A stretch of 64,000 nt of DNA from Spirochaetia bacterium (GTDB taxonomy: Bacteria > Spirochaetota > Spirochaetia > DSM-2461): NCBI GenBank assembly GCA_963666985.2, contig CAXXIA010000001.1, forward strand, positions 896,001 to 960,000, written 5' to 3'. A model generated the notes under the pieces. That model was not told the DNA's origin. It searched no databases and saw nothing but the letters and a program-made list of their open reading frames with translations. Made by a program: the position numbers and the translations under genes. Of this stretch, positions 29,780 to 39,664 are shown in pieces. Numbering within the stretch: position 1 is the first letter of the stretch; each line of letters begins with the position of its first letter.

Positions 29780-31141
29780 TTAACTTTTTCTTTGGTCCAT
29801 CGGCGTGTATTCGCGCTGCCGTGTAATGCTTCTGTATGCCGGGCGTATGATGCGGCCGCCGGATACGATTTCCTCAACGATATGAGCGCTCCAGCCTGCG
29901 ATACGGGAAATGGCGAAGATGGGCGTGAAGAGTTCTCTGGGAAGATTCAGAAGACAGTAAACGAAACCGGAATAGAAATCGACATTGGCGCAAAGATCCT
30001 TTTTATTGCCGGTCACTTCGGCGAAAAGGCCGGGTGTGACTTTCTCAACAATTGTATAGAGTTCGTATTCTTTCTGTCTGCCGGCGACGGCGGCAAGTTC
30101 GGCCGCCTTATCCTTAAGAAGTTCCGCTCTCGGATCGGAAAGTGTGTAGACGGCATGCCCCATGCCGTACACAAGGCCGCTGCCGTCGAAGGCCTCTTTC
30201 TTCAGGATTTTTTTTACATAAGCGGAGACTTCTTCCTCATCACCCCAGTCCTGAACGTGATCTTCGATATCTTTCATCATGGTTCGCACGCTGATGGCCG
30301 CGCCGCCGTGCAGCGGTCCTTTCAGTGATCCGACCGCCGCCGCGATGGCGGAATAAATATCGGTTCCCGTTGAGGCTACGACATGAGTACTGAAAGCCGA
30401 ATTGTTTCCCCCGCCGTGCTCGGCATGCAGAACAAGACACAGATCAAGGATTTCGGCTTCTTGACGCGTGTATTTCTGATCTTCCCGAATCATGCTTAAG
30501 AAATTCTCCGCGGTACTTTTGGAAGGATCCGGGGCGTGGAGAAATAAACTGCTTCCATTGTAATAATGGTTTTTCGCCTGGAACGCATACGCCACGATGG
30601 ACGGAAATCGGCTGATCAGTTCAACACCTTGTCTGAGAACATTGGCCACTTTGGTGGAGTCGGCGTTGTTGTCGAAGGAGTAAAGGGAGAGAACCGATCT
30701 GGCCAGCTTATTCATGATGTTGTTGCTGGGAGCTTTCATAATCATATCTTCGGTGAAGTTATCGGGAAGAATTCTAAGCCGCCCCAATCGCTCTTCGAAG
30801 CAGGAAAGTTCCGCTTTATCGGGAAGATAACCGAAAAGCAGAAGAAACACCGTTTCTTCAAAACCGAAACGGTGTTCATCCTGAAATCCTTTAACAATGT
30901 CTTTAATGTCTATACCGCGATACCGGAGCACACCGGGAACGGAAACTTTTTCGCCTTCATCCACGATATATCCGTGTACTTGGCCGACTTCCGTTAATCC
31001 GACGAGAACGCCGGTTCCGTCGGCATTCCTCAGGCCTCTTTTAACCGAATACTTCTCGTAAAGTTCCGCGGGGATGCGGTTCTGGCGGTCGGCGATTTCC
31101 GCAAATTTAATCAGGAAGTGATCGTTTTCTTTCTCGGTCAT
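29780..31141 (-). CDS. gltA: Citrate synthase
   Basis: LRYRG, HAEHGGGNNS, GPLHGGA, GMGHAVY..DPR, NVDFYSG. Confidence 0.93.
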   Translation of the reverse strand: MTEKENDHFLIKFAEIADRQNRIPAELYEKYSVKRGLRNADGTGVLVGLTEVGQVHGYIVDEGEKVSVPGVLRYRGIDIKDIVKGFQDEHRFGFEETVFLLLFGYLPDKAELSCFEERLGRLRILPDNFTEDMIMKAPSNNIMNKLARSVLSLYSFDNNADSTKVANVLRQGVELISRFPSIVAYAFQAKNHYYNGSSLFLHAPDPSKSTAENFLSMIREDQKYTRQEAEILDLCLVLHAEHGGGNNSAFSTHVVASTGTDIYSAIAAAVGSLKGPLHGGAAISVRTMMKDIEDHVQDWGDEEEVSAYVKKILKKEAFDGSGLVYGMGHAVYTLSDPRAELLKDKAAELAAVAGRQKEYELYTIVEKVTPGLFAEVTGNKKDLCANVDFYSGFVYCLLNLPRELFTPIFAISRIAGWSAHIVEEIVSGGRIIRPAYRSITRQREYTPMDQRKS

Positions 31142-31818
31142 GGAATCTCCTTTTTGAAAATGATGTCGCGGATCACCCTATCGGCCTTTATTCCGCGGTT
31201 TTCAAATTTTGTATCGGGTCTGTAATCCGGTTTGGCGGCCCAGCGGTCAAAGCTGTTTTGTAATCCGGTCGATTCTTTCAGTACGCCGATAATATGCTCG
31301 GCATAGTCCTCCCAATCCGTGGCGATATGAATATAGCCGCCGTTTTTGAGAGCACACACCATAGAATCGACAAACTTTGGTTGTATCAGTCGTCTCTTAT
31401 GATGACGCTTCTTCGGCCAAGGATCGGGAAACCATATATGGAATCCGTCGATACTCCCTGCGGGAAGCATGTCGGAAACGACTTCTACAGCATCATGCTC
31501 TATAATTCGAATATTTTCCAGCCCCCCCCTCTCCATCCACCAAAGAAGTTTGCCGATGCCGGGCTTGTGAACCTCTACGGCGAGAATACCCCATTCGGGT
31601 TTCATGGCCGCCAATTGCCTGGTGGCATCGCCCATGCCGAATCCGATTTCAACGACAATCCTCTCTTTATCTCCAAACAAAGAGGTGATTTTTACCGGCT
31701 TCCCATAAGGGAGAATCCAGCGGTCCGCCGATTCTTCATAAGCCTTTTTTTGCGCTTCGGACATTCGGGACGCTCTGAGAACATAGCTCTTGATTCGGCG
31801 AGGAGTACTTTTCGGCAT
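31138..31818 (-). CDS. trmB: tRNA (guanine-N7)-methyltransferase
   Basis: EIGFGMG, FPDPWPKKRHHKRRL, ATDW..YA, TKFE.RG. Confidence 0.96.
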   Translation of the reverse strand: MPKSTPRRIKSYVLRASRMSEAQKKAYEESADRWILPYGKPVKITSLFGDKERIVVEIGFGMGDATRQLAAMKPEWGILAVEVHKPGIGKLLWWMERGGLENIRIIEHDAVEVVSDMLPAGSIDGFHIWFPDPWPKKRHHKRRLIQPKFVDSMVCALKNGGYIHIATDWEDYAEHIIGVLKESTGLQNSFDRWAAKPDYRPDTKFENRGIKADRVIRDIIFKKEIP

Positions 31819-31824
31819 AGAGAC

Positions 31825-31853
31825 AATTTATACGGCGGCGTGAGGCCTGTCAA
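31825..31853 (-). promoter_or_regulatory. Leaderless sigma70 promoter of trmB-gltA
   Basis: TTGACA-17-TAAATT-6 nt-ATG. Confidence 0.65.
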
Positions 31854-34800
31854 AGCAAGATTTCGAGTCTTTCCCTCAAGAATTCGGACTTTTCCTTAAG
31901 TCCGATATCTCCCGTTTCGAAAATTAAGCTTTCCGGTTTGGCCGGATTCAGTTTTACCCGGCCTCCGCTCATTTTCATCATGTGCATGACTTTGTCCACG
32001 GAAATCAAGGATACTTTTCCGAAGGTTACCTGAACGGTTCCTTTTCGCTCTTGAAGCGAAGTGATTTTCAGCTTTTTGCAAATAATGCGAATCTCCGAAA
32101 GGGATAAAAGACTGTGAACTTCATCGGGAAGCGGACCGAATCGATCATGGAGTTCGGCGTGAAGAGACTCCAAATCGGCATCATACTGAACGGCCGCGAT
32201 TTTTTTGTAGACTTCCATCTTTTCGGATTCATCGCTGATGTAGGAATCGGGAATGAATCCCGAATAATCAAGTTCGAGCACCAGTTCGGGAACGTCCTCT
32301 TCCTCATCTTCTTCGGTTTTCGAGCGTATGGCCTCTTCAAGGAGTTTGAGATAAAGATCGAATCCGACGGCGTACACGTCACCGGATTGCTGCGGACCGA
32401 GCAGATTCCCGGCTCCGCGAACTTCCAAGTCTTTCATCGCGATTTTAAATCCGCTTCCCAATTCGGTGAAATCGCTGATTATCTGGAGTCTTTTCATGGC
32501 CAGCTCACTGATTTCACGGCCGTCCGGATAAAGAAGGTAGGCGTATGCCAAACGGCTCGATCGTCCCACTCTTCCCCTGAGCTGATAAAGCTGGCTGATG
32601 CCGTACATGTCGGCCCGATCGATAAGAATGGTGTTGACGTTCGGAATATCGATTCCGTTTTCAATGATGGTCGTCGACACAAGAACCTGAAAGGCTCCAT
32701 GGATAAACCGATGCATAATATCTTCAAGCTGACGCGGAGACATCTTACCGTGTGCCGTTTCAATGAAAACCTCCGGAACGAGATCGCGGAGAAAGAGCTG
32801 GGTGCGCTCCAGACTTTCAACACGGTTGTGGAGATAAAACACCTGCCCTCCCCGCTCCACTTCGCGGCGTATGGCCTTGGCTATGAGATCGGCGTCAAAT
32901 TCCTGTATGAAGGTTTCAATGGGCCTTCTGTTGCTTGGAGCGGTTTTCAGCAGCGACATGTCTCTGATTTTCACCAAAGACATATGAAGAGTTCTGGGAA
33001 TGGGAGTCGCGGAAAGGGTCAGACAGTCGACATTGGCTTTGAGTTCCTTGAGCCGCTCTTTATCTTTCACGCCGAAACGCTGCTCTTCGTCTATGATAAT
33101 CAGTCCCATATTTTTGAGCTTAACGTCTTTGGACAAGATTCTGTGCGTCCCGATAACGATGTCCACATCACCTTCGGTGAGTCCTTTGAGGACGCGTTTC
33201 CGTTCGGCGGGCGCGACAAATCGGCTCAGCATGCCTACCGTTACCGGGAAGCGCTTGAAACGCTCGGTGAAACTCTCATGGTGCTGTTCGGCAAGGATCG
33301 TTGTCGGGCAGAGGTATGCCACCTGACGGCCGCCCATAACCGCCTTGAAAGCCGCCCGCATCGCGATTTCCGTTTTTCCGTAGCCCACATCTCCGCAAAT
33401 TAAGCGGTCCATCGGTTTGGGCGATTCCATATCGGCTTTCACGTCCGCGATCGCCGTAAGCTGATCGTCGGTTTCCTGCCAGGGAAAAGCCGCTTCAAAA
33501 CTCACCTGAAAATCATCGTCCTTGGGAAAGGCATAGCCGGCGGCCGTCTGCCGGCGCGCATAGAGCTTGATCAGCCGGTCGGCAAGATCGGCAACGGATT
33601 TTTTAACCTTATCCTTCTTCTTTTCCCAGGAAGGTCCGCCGATACGGTCGAGCTTGGGAGCTCTCCCTTCCTGGCCGATATAGCGCTGAACCAGATTGAC
33701 CTGTTCGATGGGGATGAAAACTGTCTCATCTCCGGAATATTCAAGGGTGATGTAATCGCGTTCGGCTCCCGCCGTTTTGATACGCTTAATGCCGAGAAAA
33801 CGTCCGATGCCATGATTAAGATGAACAACAAGGTCGCCGGGATCCAAATCGACAAACGACTCAATAACGCTGCTTTTCGCCTTTGCGACCGAAGAAGGAG
33901 CCTTTTTCCGTCTGCCGAAAATTTCGTTTTCCTGCAGAACCATGATACGCGCCTGCGGAAGCAGAAAGCCCGCCGAAAGCGCCGCCGGTCCCACAAGGAC
34001 ATTTTCATGATCGCGAAGGAGATACCCTATTCTCTGCGCCTGCGATTCACTCTCGGCGAAAACGAAAATTTCATAGCCGGATTCATTAAGAGACGTGAAC
34101 TCTTCTTTGAGGTATGCGATATTTCCGAAAAACGAACGCCCCGGTTCGCATCCCACATTATATCCGCCGGTATCATCATCTTTTTTAACCGCATGGAAGA
34201 TAAGGCGTCTTTCTTTGGAATCGACGAAATCTTTCAGTCCGCTTACCAGTGTTTCGGGCTCGGGGACGGCTAAGCCGTCCATCACGGCATCGGAATGGAG
34301 TTTCTCATACTCCTTGAGCATGTTCGACTCGGCGAGTTCCAGCCGTTCAATGTCAAGAAAAACGGTAACGGATCGATCCGGAAGATAATCCTGAAGCGTT
34401 GCCGGATTCCGAAAAGCCAAGGGATAGAATAATTCTTCTCCGCGCCAATCCCTGCCCGTTTCCAGAGCCTCAAGGACTTCGGTGTATTCTTCACCGTGAA
34501 GAACCGACTTGAGTCTTTCCAGCTTCTGGTTATCCCAAATCAATTCCCTTAAGGGGTGCAGAATCACATGCTCGGCCGATCCGACCGAGGCTTGGGTGAG
34601 CGGATCAAAAAGCCGGATGTCTTCCACTTCATCCCAGGCAAAGACAATACGGACGGCATTCTCTTCACCGACGGGAGCAACATCCAGAACCTCGCCGCGC
34701 AGGGCGAATTCTCCGGGAACGCTGACCCTGGAAACACGGGTGTAGCCGTATTTCTGCAGCGACTCTTCTATTTCGACCGGATCGATTTTTCCGCCCTTTT

Positions 34801-35236
34801 TCAGACGAATCAAAGCGCCGGAGATTTCGGAAGGAGGAGGCAAAAGGCCGAGAGCCGCTCTTAGAGAGGTAACGATAATACGCCGTTCCTTCGATGCCAG
34901 TTCGGACAGTACGGTAGCCCGCTTGCCGAAGACGGAAGCCTGGGGAGAAACGCCTCTGTAGAGCATTGTTCCCCACCAAGGGAAAAACGATACGTCGTCC
35001 GTGAAAAGAGAAAGATCCGAAGCCAGAGAACGGGCTTCGGTTTCATCGGAGGCAATAACGAGTATCGCGCCTCCGGTTACATCGGCCAATTTGGAAAGGA
35101 GGACGGCCGTCCAGGAACCGCGCGCACCGAAGGCCTCAAGGGGAAAGCGCCCATCGGCCCAATCGGTACGAAGATTTTTCCAATCCGGTATGGTTTTTAA
35201 TGCGTTGTTTAAAGATGATTTGAATTGATTCAGCAT
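31850..35236 (-). CDS. mfd: Transcription-repair coupling factor
   Basis: GEFALRG, VHLNHGIGRF, GDVGYGKT, DEEQRFG, SATPIPRT, QLRGRVGR, TRCF C-terminal domain. Confidence 0.97.
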   Translation of the reverse strand: MLNQFKSSLNNALKTIPDWKNLRTDWADGRFPLEAFGARGSWTAVLLSKLADVTGGAILVIASDETEARSLASDLSLFTDDVSFFPWWGTMLYRGVSPQASVFGKRATVLSELASKERRIIVTSLRAALGLLPPPSEISGALIRLKKGGKIDPVEIEESLQKYGYTRVSRVSVPGEFALRGEVLDVAPVGEENAVRIVFAWDEVEDIRLFDPLTQASVGSAEHVILHPLRELIWDNQKLERLKSVLHGEEYTEVLEALETGRDWRGEELFYPLAFRNPATLQDYLPDRSVTVFLDIERLELAESNMLKEYEKLHSDAVMDGLAVPEPETLVSGLKDFVDSKERRLIFHAVKKDDDTGGYNVGCEPGRSFFGNIAYLKEEFTSLNESGYEIFVFAESESQAQRIGYLLRDHENVLVGPAALSAGFLLPQARIMVLQENEIFGRRKKAPSSVAKAKSSVIESFVDLDPGDLVVHLNHGIGRFLGIKRIKTAGAERDYITLEYSGDETVFIPIEQVNLVQRYIGQEGRAPKLDRIGGPSWEKKKDKVKKSVADLADRLIKLYARRQTAAGYAFPKDDDFQVSFEAAFPWQETDDQLTAIADVKADMESPKPMDRLICGDVGYGKTEIAMRAAFKAVMGGRQVAYLCPTTILAEQHHESFTERFKRFPVTVGMLSRFVAPAERKRVLKGLTEGDVDIVIGTHRILSKDVKLKNMGLIIIDEEQRFGVKDKERLKELKANVDCLTLSATPIPRTLHMSLVKIRDMSLLKTAPSNRRPIETFIQEFDADLIAKAIRREVERGGQVFYLHNRVESLERTQLFLRDLVPEVFIETAHGKMSPRQLEDIMHRFIHGAFQVLVSTTIIENGIDIPNVNTILIDRADMYGISQLYQLRGRVGRSSRLAYAYLLYPDGREISELAMKRLQIISDFTELGSGFKIAMKDLEVRGAGNLLGPQQSGDVYAVGFDLYLKLLEEAIRSKTEEDEEEDVPELVLELDYSGFIPDSYISDESEKMEVYKKIAAVQYDADLESLHAELHDRFGPLPDEVHSLLSLSEIRIICKKLKITSLQERKGTVQVTFGKVSLISVDKVMHMMKMSGGRVKLNPAKPESLIFETGDIGLKEKSEFLRERLEILL

Positions 35237-35289
35237 AGAGACTTACCGATAAAGAACATGTAATACCCTAACCCTTTGAGGGGGGCCCA

Positions 35290-36648
35290 ATGGCACGTCG
35301 GTCAAAATTATTTCTTCTCATCGCCCTTATCGCGGCGGTTTCCGCATACGCGGATCGAACCGCCCAGACGATTCCGAGCTTCAGCATACGGTATCATGAC
35401 AAGAATATCTATTATCCGGGCGACGAAATCGAATTGAAGCTGACACTCAGCAATCCGTCCGATTCCGGAGAATCGGATATGACCTTCTACCTTGCCGACG
35501 ATGCCCGGCAAAGTTTCGGATTCGACCTCAGATCGCTCACGGGGGAACCGACGCCCCTGGCCGACGGATTCGCCGCCGCGTTAAATGATCGCGGAGCCTA
35601 CCGCGTGATTCATCTGGCGCCCGGTCAGGAATTGTCCATTACCGTTCCTCTGAATCGCTGGGCTAACCTTGCCGCCCCGGGACAGTACCGTCTGACGGGA
35701 TTCTTTTATCCCCGCCTCAGAGGAAGCGGAACAACCGCTTCCAGAGCGGATTCGGTTCTGGATCTTACCGTTATGCCCGATACGGAGCGCCGATGGCAGG
35801 ATGAAATGGACCGGAGCGTTCGCGAAGCCCTTATTCGGCGGGACATTGATCCTTGGCTTGTTGTTTCCGAAACCCTCTCCAACCGTAAAAGCGCCAAATA
35901 CAACAGGGCCATGCTGTATTTGGATACGGAATCCCTGGCAAGTGTCATCCCGACCGTCGGCGGCGCCGCACAGCTTGAACGGTCTCTTCTGGAGGGTTCC
36001 TGGAATGAAATACCGGGCTTTGAACATCCCGTTGAATCCTATGAACTGATGGCATCTCAGGTGTATCCCAGCGAAGCAACGGTCCTTATTCGGGCCGCCT
36101 ATCGTCCTTACGGAGAACTTTTTTCCCGCGATCTTCGCTTTTACCTGCATAAGGTTTCGGGATATTGGTCCATCAGACGCGTCGAAACCGTTAATGAAGA
36201 AGGCGTTGATCCGTCCCGATACGGAGCTTTGGATCTTAATCCGCCGGAAGTAGTCTCCGAACTCCTGGAGGCCGTTAAACGCGGTGATTGGGATATCGCT
36301 CTTCGATATTATGATACGACCGCTATAGTCAGGAGTCTTCCCGAATACATCGACGTTTGGAAAAACATGAGCGCCGGCGAGCATCGAAGAGCTTTGGACG
36401 AATACAGAAATCAGCTGATTTCCGGAAAAACGGATTCCGAGAGGGAACCTCTCGGCGACATCGACGATTGGTCCGTAAAACAAGTCTCGTATACGGAAGA
36501 AGAAGGAACCGTCGTCGTTGAAAATATCACCACTCATGCCACCGCTTCGGGACCGATGCGGCAGAAAACCATCTATACGTTCAGACTTGTAAGAGACGAC
36601 GATGATCAATGGATCGTCGTGCGATATGATACTGTTATAAGGAGATAA
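35290..36648 (+). CDS. Secreted hypothetical protein (Ig-like domain + two tandem NTF2-like repeats)
   Basis: Signal peptide (AYA), LAPGQ...PGQY beta domain, duplicated C-terminal module. Confidence 0.7.
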   Translation: MARRSKLFLLIALIAAVSAYADRTAQTIPSFSIRYHDKNIYYPGDEIELKLTLSNPSDSGESDMTFYLADDARQSFGFDLRSLTGEPTPLADGFAAALNDRGAYRVIHLAPGQELSITVPLNRWANLAAPGQYRLTGFFYPRLRGSGTTASRADSVLDLTVMPDTERRWQDEMDRSVREALIRRDIDPWLVVSETLSNRKSAKYNRAMLYLDTESLASVIPTVGGAAQLERSLLEGSWNEIPGFEHPVESYELMASQVYPSEATVLIRAAYRPYGELFSRDLRFYLHKVSGYWSIRRVETVNEEGVDPSRYGALDLNPPEVVSELLEAVKRGDWDIALRYYDTTAIVRSLPEYIDVWKNMSAGEHRRALDEYRNQLISGKTDSEREPLGDIDDWSVKQVSYTEEEGTVVVENITTHATASGPMRQKTIYTFRLVRDDDDQWIVVRYDTVIRR

Positions 36649-36653
36649 TCCGG

Positions 36654-37367
36654 GTGATTATACTGATCGTTGCTCAGGACACAACACTCAAAAATCGGTT
36701 CGAGTCTTTTTTCGGAAGTCTCGGCTACAGAACCATACAATACACGCATCCTCTTAAAGCTCTCGATAATCTGGAGGAGATTCATCCGGATGTCGTTCTC
36801 TGCAGTTCTCTGGATTTTCCCCGTCACTGGAAACTTATCGCCAAGCAGCTGAGGGATACGCGCGGAAGAGACGACGCGGTGATTATCCTCACGGTTCCGG
36901 ATGATTTCGACTCGGAAGAGGCCGATAAGGCCGCGTTCCTCGGCGTGAACATTCTCTATCCGCAGAGACTGGAAACCGTTGAAGATTTCAGGATCCTCGA
37001 TTGCAGAATCAGCCGGTATAAAACTCCTCCCGACCGCAGCCGGGCGTTTACCTGGATTCCCGGAGGCGAGGAGAGAATTTCCTTTATTTTCAAACATCCT
37101 TTTGAATTCCGCATGATTTCGGGAAGATTCACCGAAATCACCCCGGCGGGCGGAGTTTTCAGGCCCGACGACCCGGGCGACCTTGCCGGATTGGAAATCG
37201 GGATGATTCTGGAAGCCGCCTCCATGCGGGCCGGGCATTCCCTGTTGTCCGTAAAATCCCGCATTATCAGAAACTCAGGGACTCTGACCTTGGCCTTTAT
37301 TGAATTCGACGGAGACGGATTTCGGAACCTATTGGATGAAATGAGTCTTCATGTCGCGACGATTTAG
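36654..37367 (+). CDS. Pseudo-receiver / PilZ-like domain protein
   Basis: GTG start after AGGAG; REC-like N-terminus (PLKALDNLEEI.PD, DFPRHWK); beta-rich C-terminus. Confidence 0.65.
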   Translation: MIILIVAQDTTLKNRFESFFGSLGYRTIQYTHPLKALDNLEEIHPDVVLCSSLDFPRHWKLIAKQLRDTRGRDDAVIILTVPDDFDSEEADKAAFLGVNILYPQRLETVEDFRILDCRISRYKTPPDRSRAFTWIPGGEERISFIFKHPFEFRMISGRFTEITPAGGVFRPDDPGDLAGLEIGMILEAASMRAGHSLLSVKSRIIRNSGTLTLAFIEFDGDGFRNLLDEMSLHVATI

Positions 37368-37440
37368 ATAAAAACCATAGTGATTCCTAATAAACCGTGT
37401 ATTTATCAATGTTTATTCGTATTACTTATCGCTTAAATCC

Positions 37441-37470
37441 TTGACGCTTGTTTCACCGAATCGTTAAAAT
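37441..37470 (+). promoter_or_regulatory. Leaderless sigma70 promoter of metK
   Basis: TTGACG-18-TAAAAT-6 nt-ATG; no SD. Confidence 0.65.
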
Positions 37471-37476
37471 TTCTTT

Positions 37477-38640
37477 ATGAGCAAACGAAGCAATTATATA
37501 TTCACCTCGGAAAGCGTCGGCGAAGGACATCCCGACAAGTTGTGCGATCTTATTTCCGATGCCGTACTCGATAAAGCACTCGCGTCCGATCCCGAATCAC
37601 GGGTTGCGTGTGAATGCTTTTCTTCAACCGGACTTATCCTTGTCGGCGGTGAAATAACCACCGAAGGTTATATCGATATTATTCAGTGTGCCAAGGAAGT
37701 CCTTGAAGATGTCGGTTATGACGACCCGGACGACGGTATCGACAGCAAATCCTGTTCCGTTATTTCTGTGATCAAACCCCAGTCGGACGACATTTCGGTC
37801 GGCGTTACGGCGGATGCGGGACTTCATAAGGAACAGGGTGCCGGCGACCAGGGCATGATGTTCGGATATGCCTGCAGGCAAACCGAAGAACTGATGCCCG
37901 CGCCCATTCAATTTTCCCATTCCATCATGAAGAAAGCGGCCGAAGTCAGAAAATCCGGGACTCTTGATTTTCTCAGACCCGACGGGAAATGTCAGGTTAC
38001 CGTCCGTTATGAAGATAAGAAGCCGGTTCATATCGATACCGTGGTTCTTTCACATCAGCACAGAATGGAAGCATCCTATAACGATATCAGGGAAGGTTTG
38101 ATTGAAACCGTTATTAAACCCTCCCTTCCCGAATATCTTCTTTCCGATAAAACGATCTTTCATATTAATCCCACCGGCCGTTTCGTTATCGGCGGCCCCA
38201 AGGGGGATTCCGGTCTGACGGGCAGAAAAATCATCGTGGACACTTACGGCGGTTATGCCCGGCACGGAGGCGGAGCGTTCTCGGGAAAAGATCCTTCGAA
38301 AGTCGACCGCTCGGCCGCATACATGGCCCGATATATCGCCAAGAATCTTGTTGCTTCGGGTATCGCCGATGAAGCCGAGGTGGAAATCGCTTATGCCATC
38401 GGGGTTTCCGAGCCGGTTTCCATATATGTTGAAATGGAAGGAACATCGGAAGCGGAAATCGCCAAGATTGAAGAAATTATTCCGAAAGTCTTCAATCTGA
38501 CACCGTCGGGCATTATCAGTTCCCTCGATTTAAAAAGACCCATCTACTATCCGACCGCGGCATACGGTCATTTCGGCAGGAATGAATTTCCCTGGGAAAA
38601 AACCGATAAGGTGGACGAACTCAGGGCCGCACTAGGCTGA
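37477..38640 (+). CDS. metK: S-adenosylmethionine synthetase
   Basis: [42 protein letters not shown]. Confidence 0.98.
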   Translation: MSKRSNYIFTSESVGEGHPDKLCDLISDAVLDKALASDPESRVACECFSSTGLILVGGEITTEGYIDIIQCAKEVLEDVGYDDPDDGIDSKSCSVISVIKPQSDDISVGVTADAGLHKEQGAGDQGMMFGYACRQTEELMPAPIQFSHSIMKKAAEVRKSGTLDFLRPDGKCQVTVRYEDKKPVHIDTVVLSHQHRMEASYNDIREGLIETVIKPSLPEYLLSDKTIFHINPTGRFVIGGPKGDSGLTGRKIIVDTYGGYARHGGGAFSGKDPSKVDRSAAYMARYIAKNLVASGIADEAEVEIAYAIGVSEPVSIYVEMEGTSEAEIAKIEEIIPKVFNLTPSGIISSLDLKRPIYYPTAAYGHFGRNEFPWEKTDKVDELRAALG

Positions 38641-38644
38641 AAGA

Positions 38645-39625
38645 ATGTCCGCGGAGGCGCTTTGGTGGAAAGATGAAGGCGGCTTTGTCCGCTGTTTCCT
38701 CTGCCCGCATTCTTGTGTGCTCCGAGAAGGCGAAATCGGTCTCTGCGGCGTTCGAAAAGCTTCCCGTCGGGAACTGACCCTCCCCGGCTATGGTTATATA
38801 ACCGCCGAGGCGGCCGATCCCATTGAAAAGAAACCTCTTTACCATTTTTTCCCCGGCCGGTCGGTCTGGTCGATTGGATTCGCGGGCTGTAATTTCAAGT
38901 GCCCGTTCTGCCAGAATCATCAAATTGCGCGCGCACCGGCCGGAGTCGGACGGCCGAGAACTCCCGAGGAGGTGGTCTTTTCGGCCCTCCAATCCGAATC
39001 CCGAATGATTGCCTACACGTATTCGGAACCCACGGTTCATTACGAATTTGTTTTTGAAACGGCCGAGAAAGCCTCTTGCAAGGGTTTGAAGAATGTTTTG
39101 GTCACCAACGGCGGAATCAATCCGGGGCCGGCCGCAGACCTATTGGATTTAATGGACGCGGTGAATATCGATCTGAAATCTTGGAACGCCGAATATTACC
39201 GCGATGTTCTGGGAGGGAATCTTGCAACGGTTCGCCGGTTTATTGAGAGTTCCGTTGAGCGCTGCTGGACCGAGCTGACCACTCTCGTGGTACCGGGTGA
39301 TAACGACGAGGAAGCCGATATCGCCGAGATGTGTTCTTGGATCGCTTCCTTGTCGAAAGACATCCCGGTTCATCTTTCGGCTTACCATCCCGCCTACAGG
39401 TACACACGCGGCGGAACGGGAGCCGAAACTCTGGCGCGTCTTTATGAAAAGGCTAAGGAAAAATTGAATTATGTATATGTCGGGAATCTCGGCTGGGAAA
39501 ACAACACCCGGTGTTCCTCCTGCGGAAACACGGTAATCGAAAGAAAGTTCTATGCGGCGAGGAACAACCTGAACGGGAATCTTTGTCCGCAATGCGGTTC
39601 GATGATTCCCGGCGTGTTCTCATAG
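38645..39625 (+). CDS. AmmeMemoRadiSam system radical SAM enzyme
   Basis: CFLCPH.C..CGVR, DPIEKKPLYHF, CNFKCPFCQN, YTYSEP, YVYVGN, C-terminal CxxC pairs. Confidence 0.9.
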   Translation: MSAEALWWKDEGGFVRCFLCPHSCVLREGEIGLCGVRKASRRELTLPGYGYITAEAADPIEKKPLYHFFPGRSVWSIGFAGCNFKCPFCQNHQIARAPAGVGRPRTPEEVVFSALQSESRMIAYTYSEPTVHYEFVFETAEKASCKGLKNVLVTNGGINPGPAADLLDLMDAVNIDLKSWNAEYYRDVLGGNLATVRRFIESSVERCWTELTTLVVPGDNDEEADIAEMCSWIASLSKDIPVHLSAYHPAYRYTRGGTGAETLARLYEKAKEKLNYVYVGNLGWENNTRCSSCGNTVIERKFYAARNNLNGNLCPQCGSMIPGVFS

Positions 39626-39664
39626 AAACCGTCCGCCGAATTCATCGAACCCGATGCTGCTTTT

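Noticed and set aside
32114..33403. 429-aa + strand ORF
   Set aside because: Antisense shadow of mfd
35581..36609. 342-aa - strand ORF
   Set aside because: Antisense to the 35290 gene, which has a signal peptide and operon context
37368..37476. SAM riboswitch upstream of metK
   Set aside because: No SAM-I/II consensus; the promoter sits directly against the ATG
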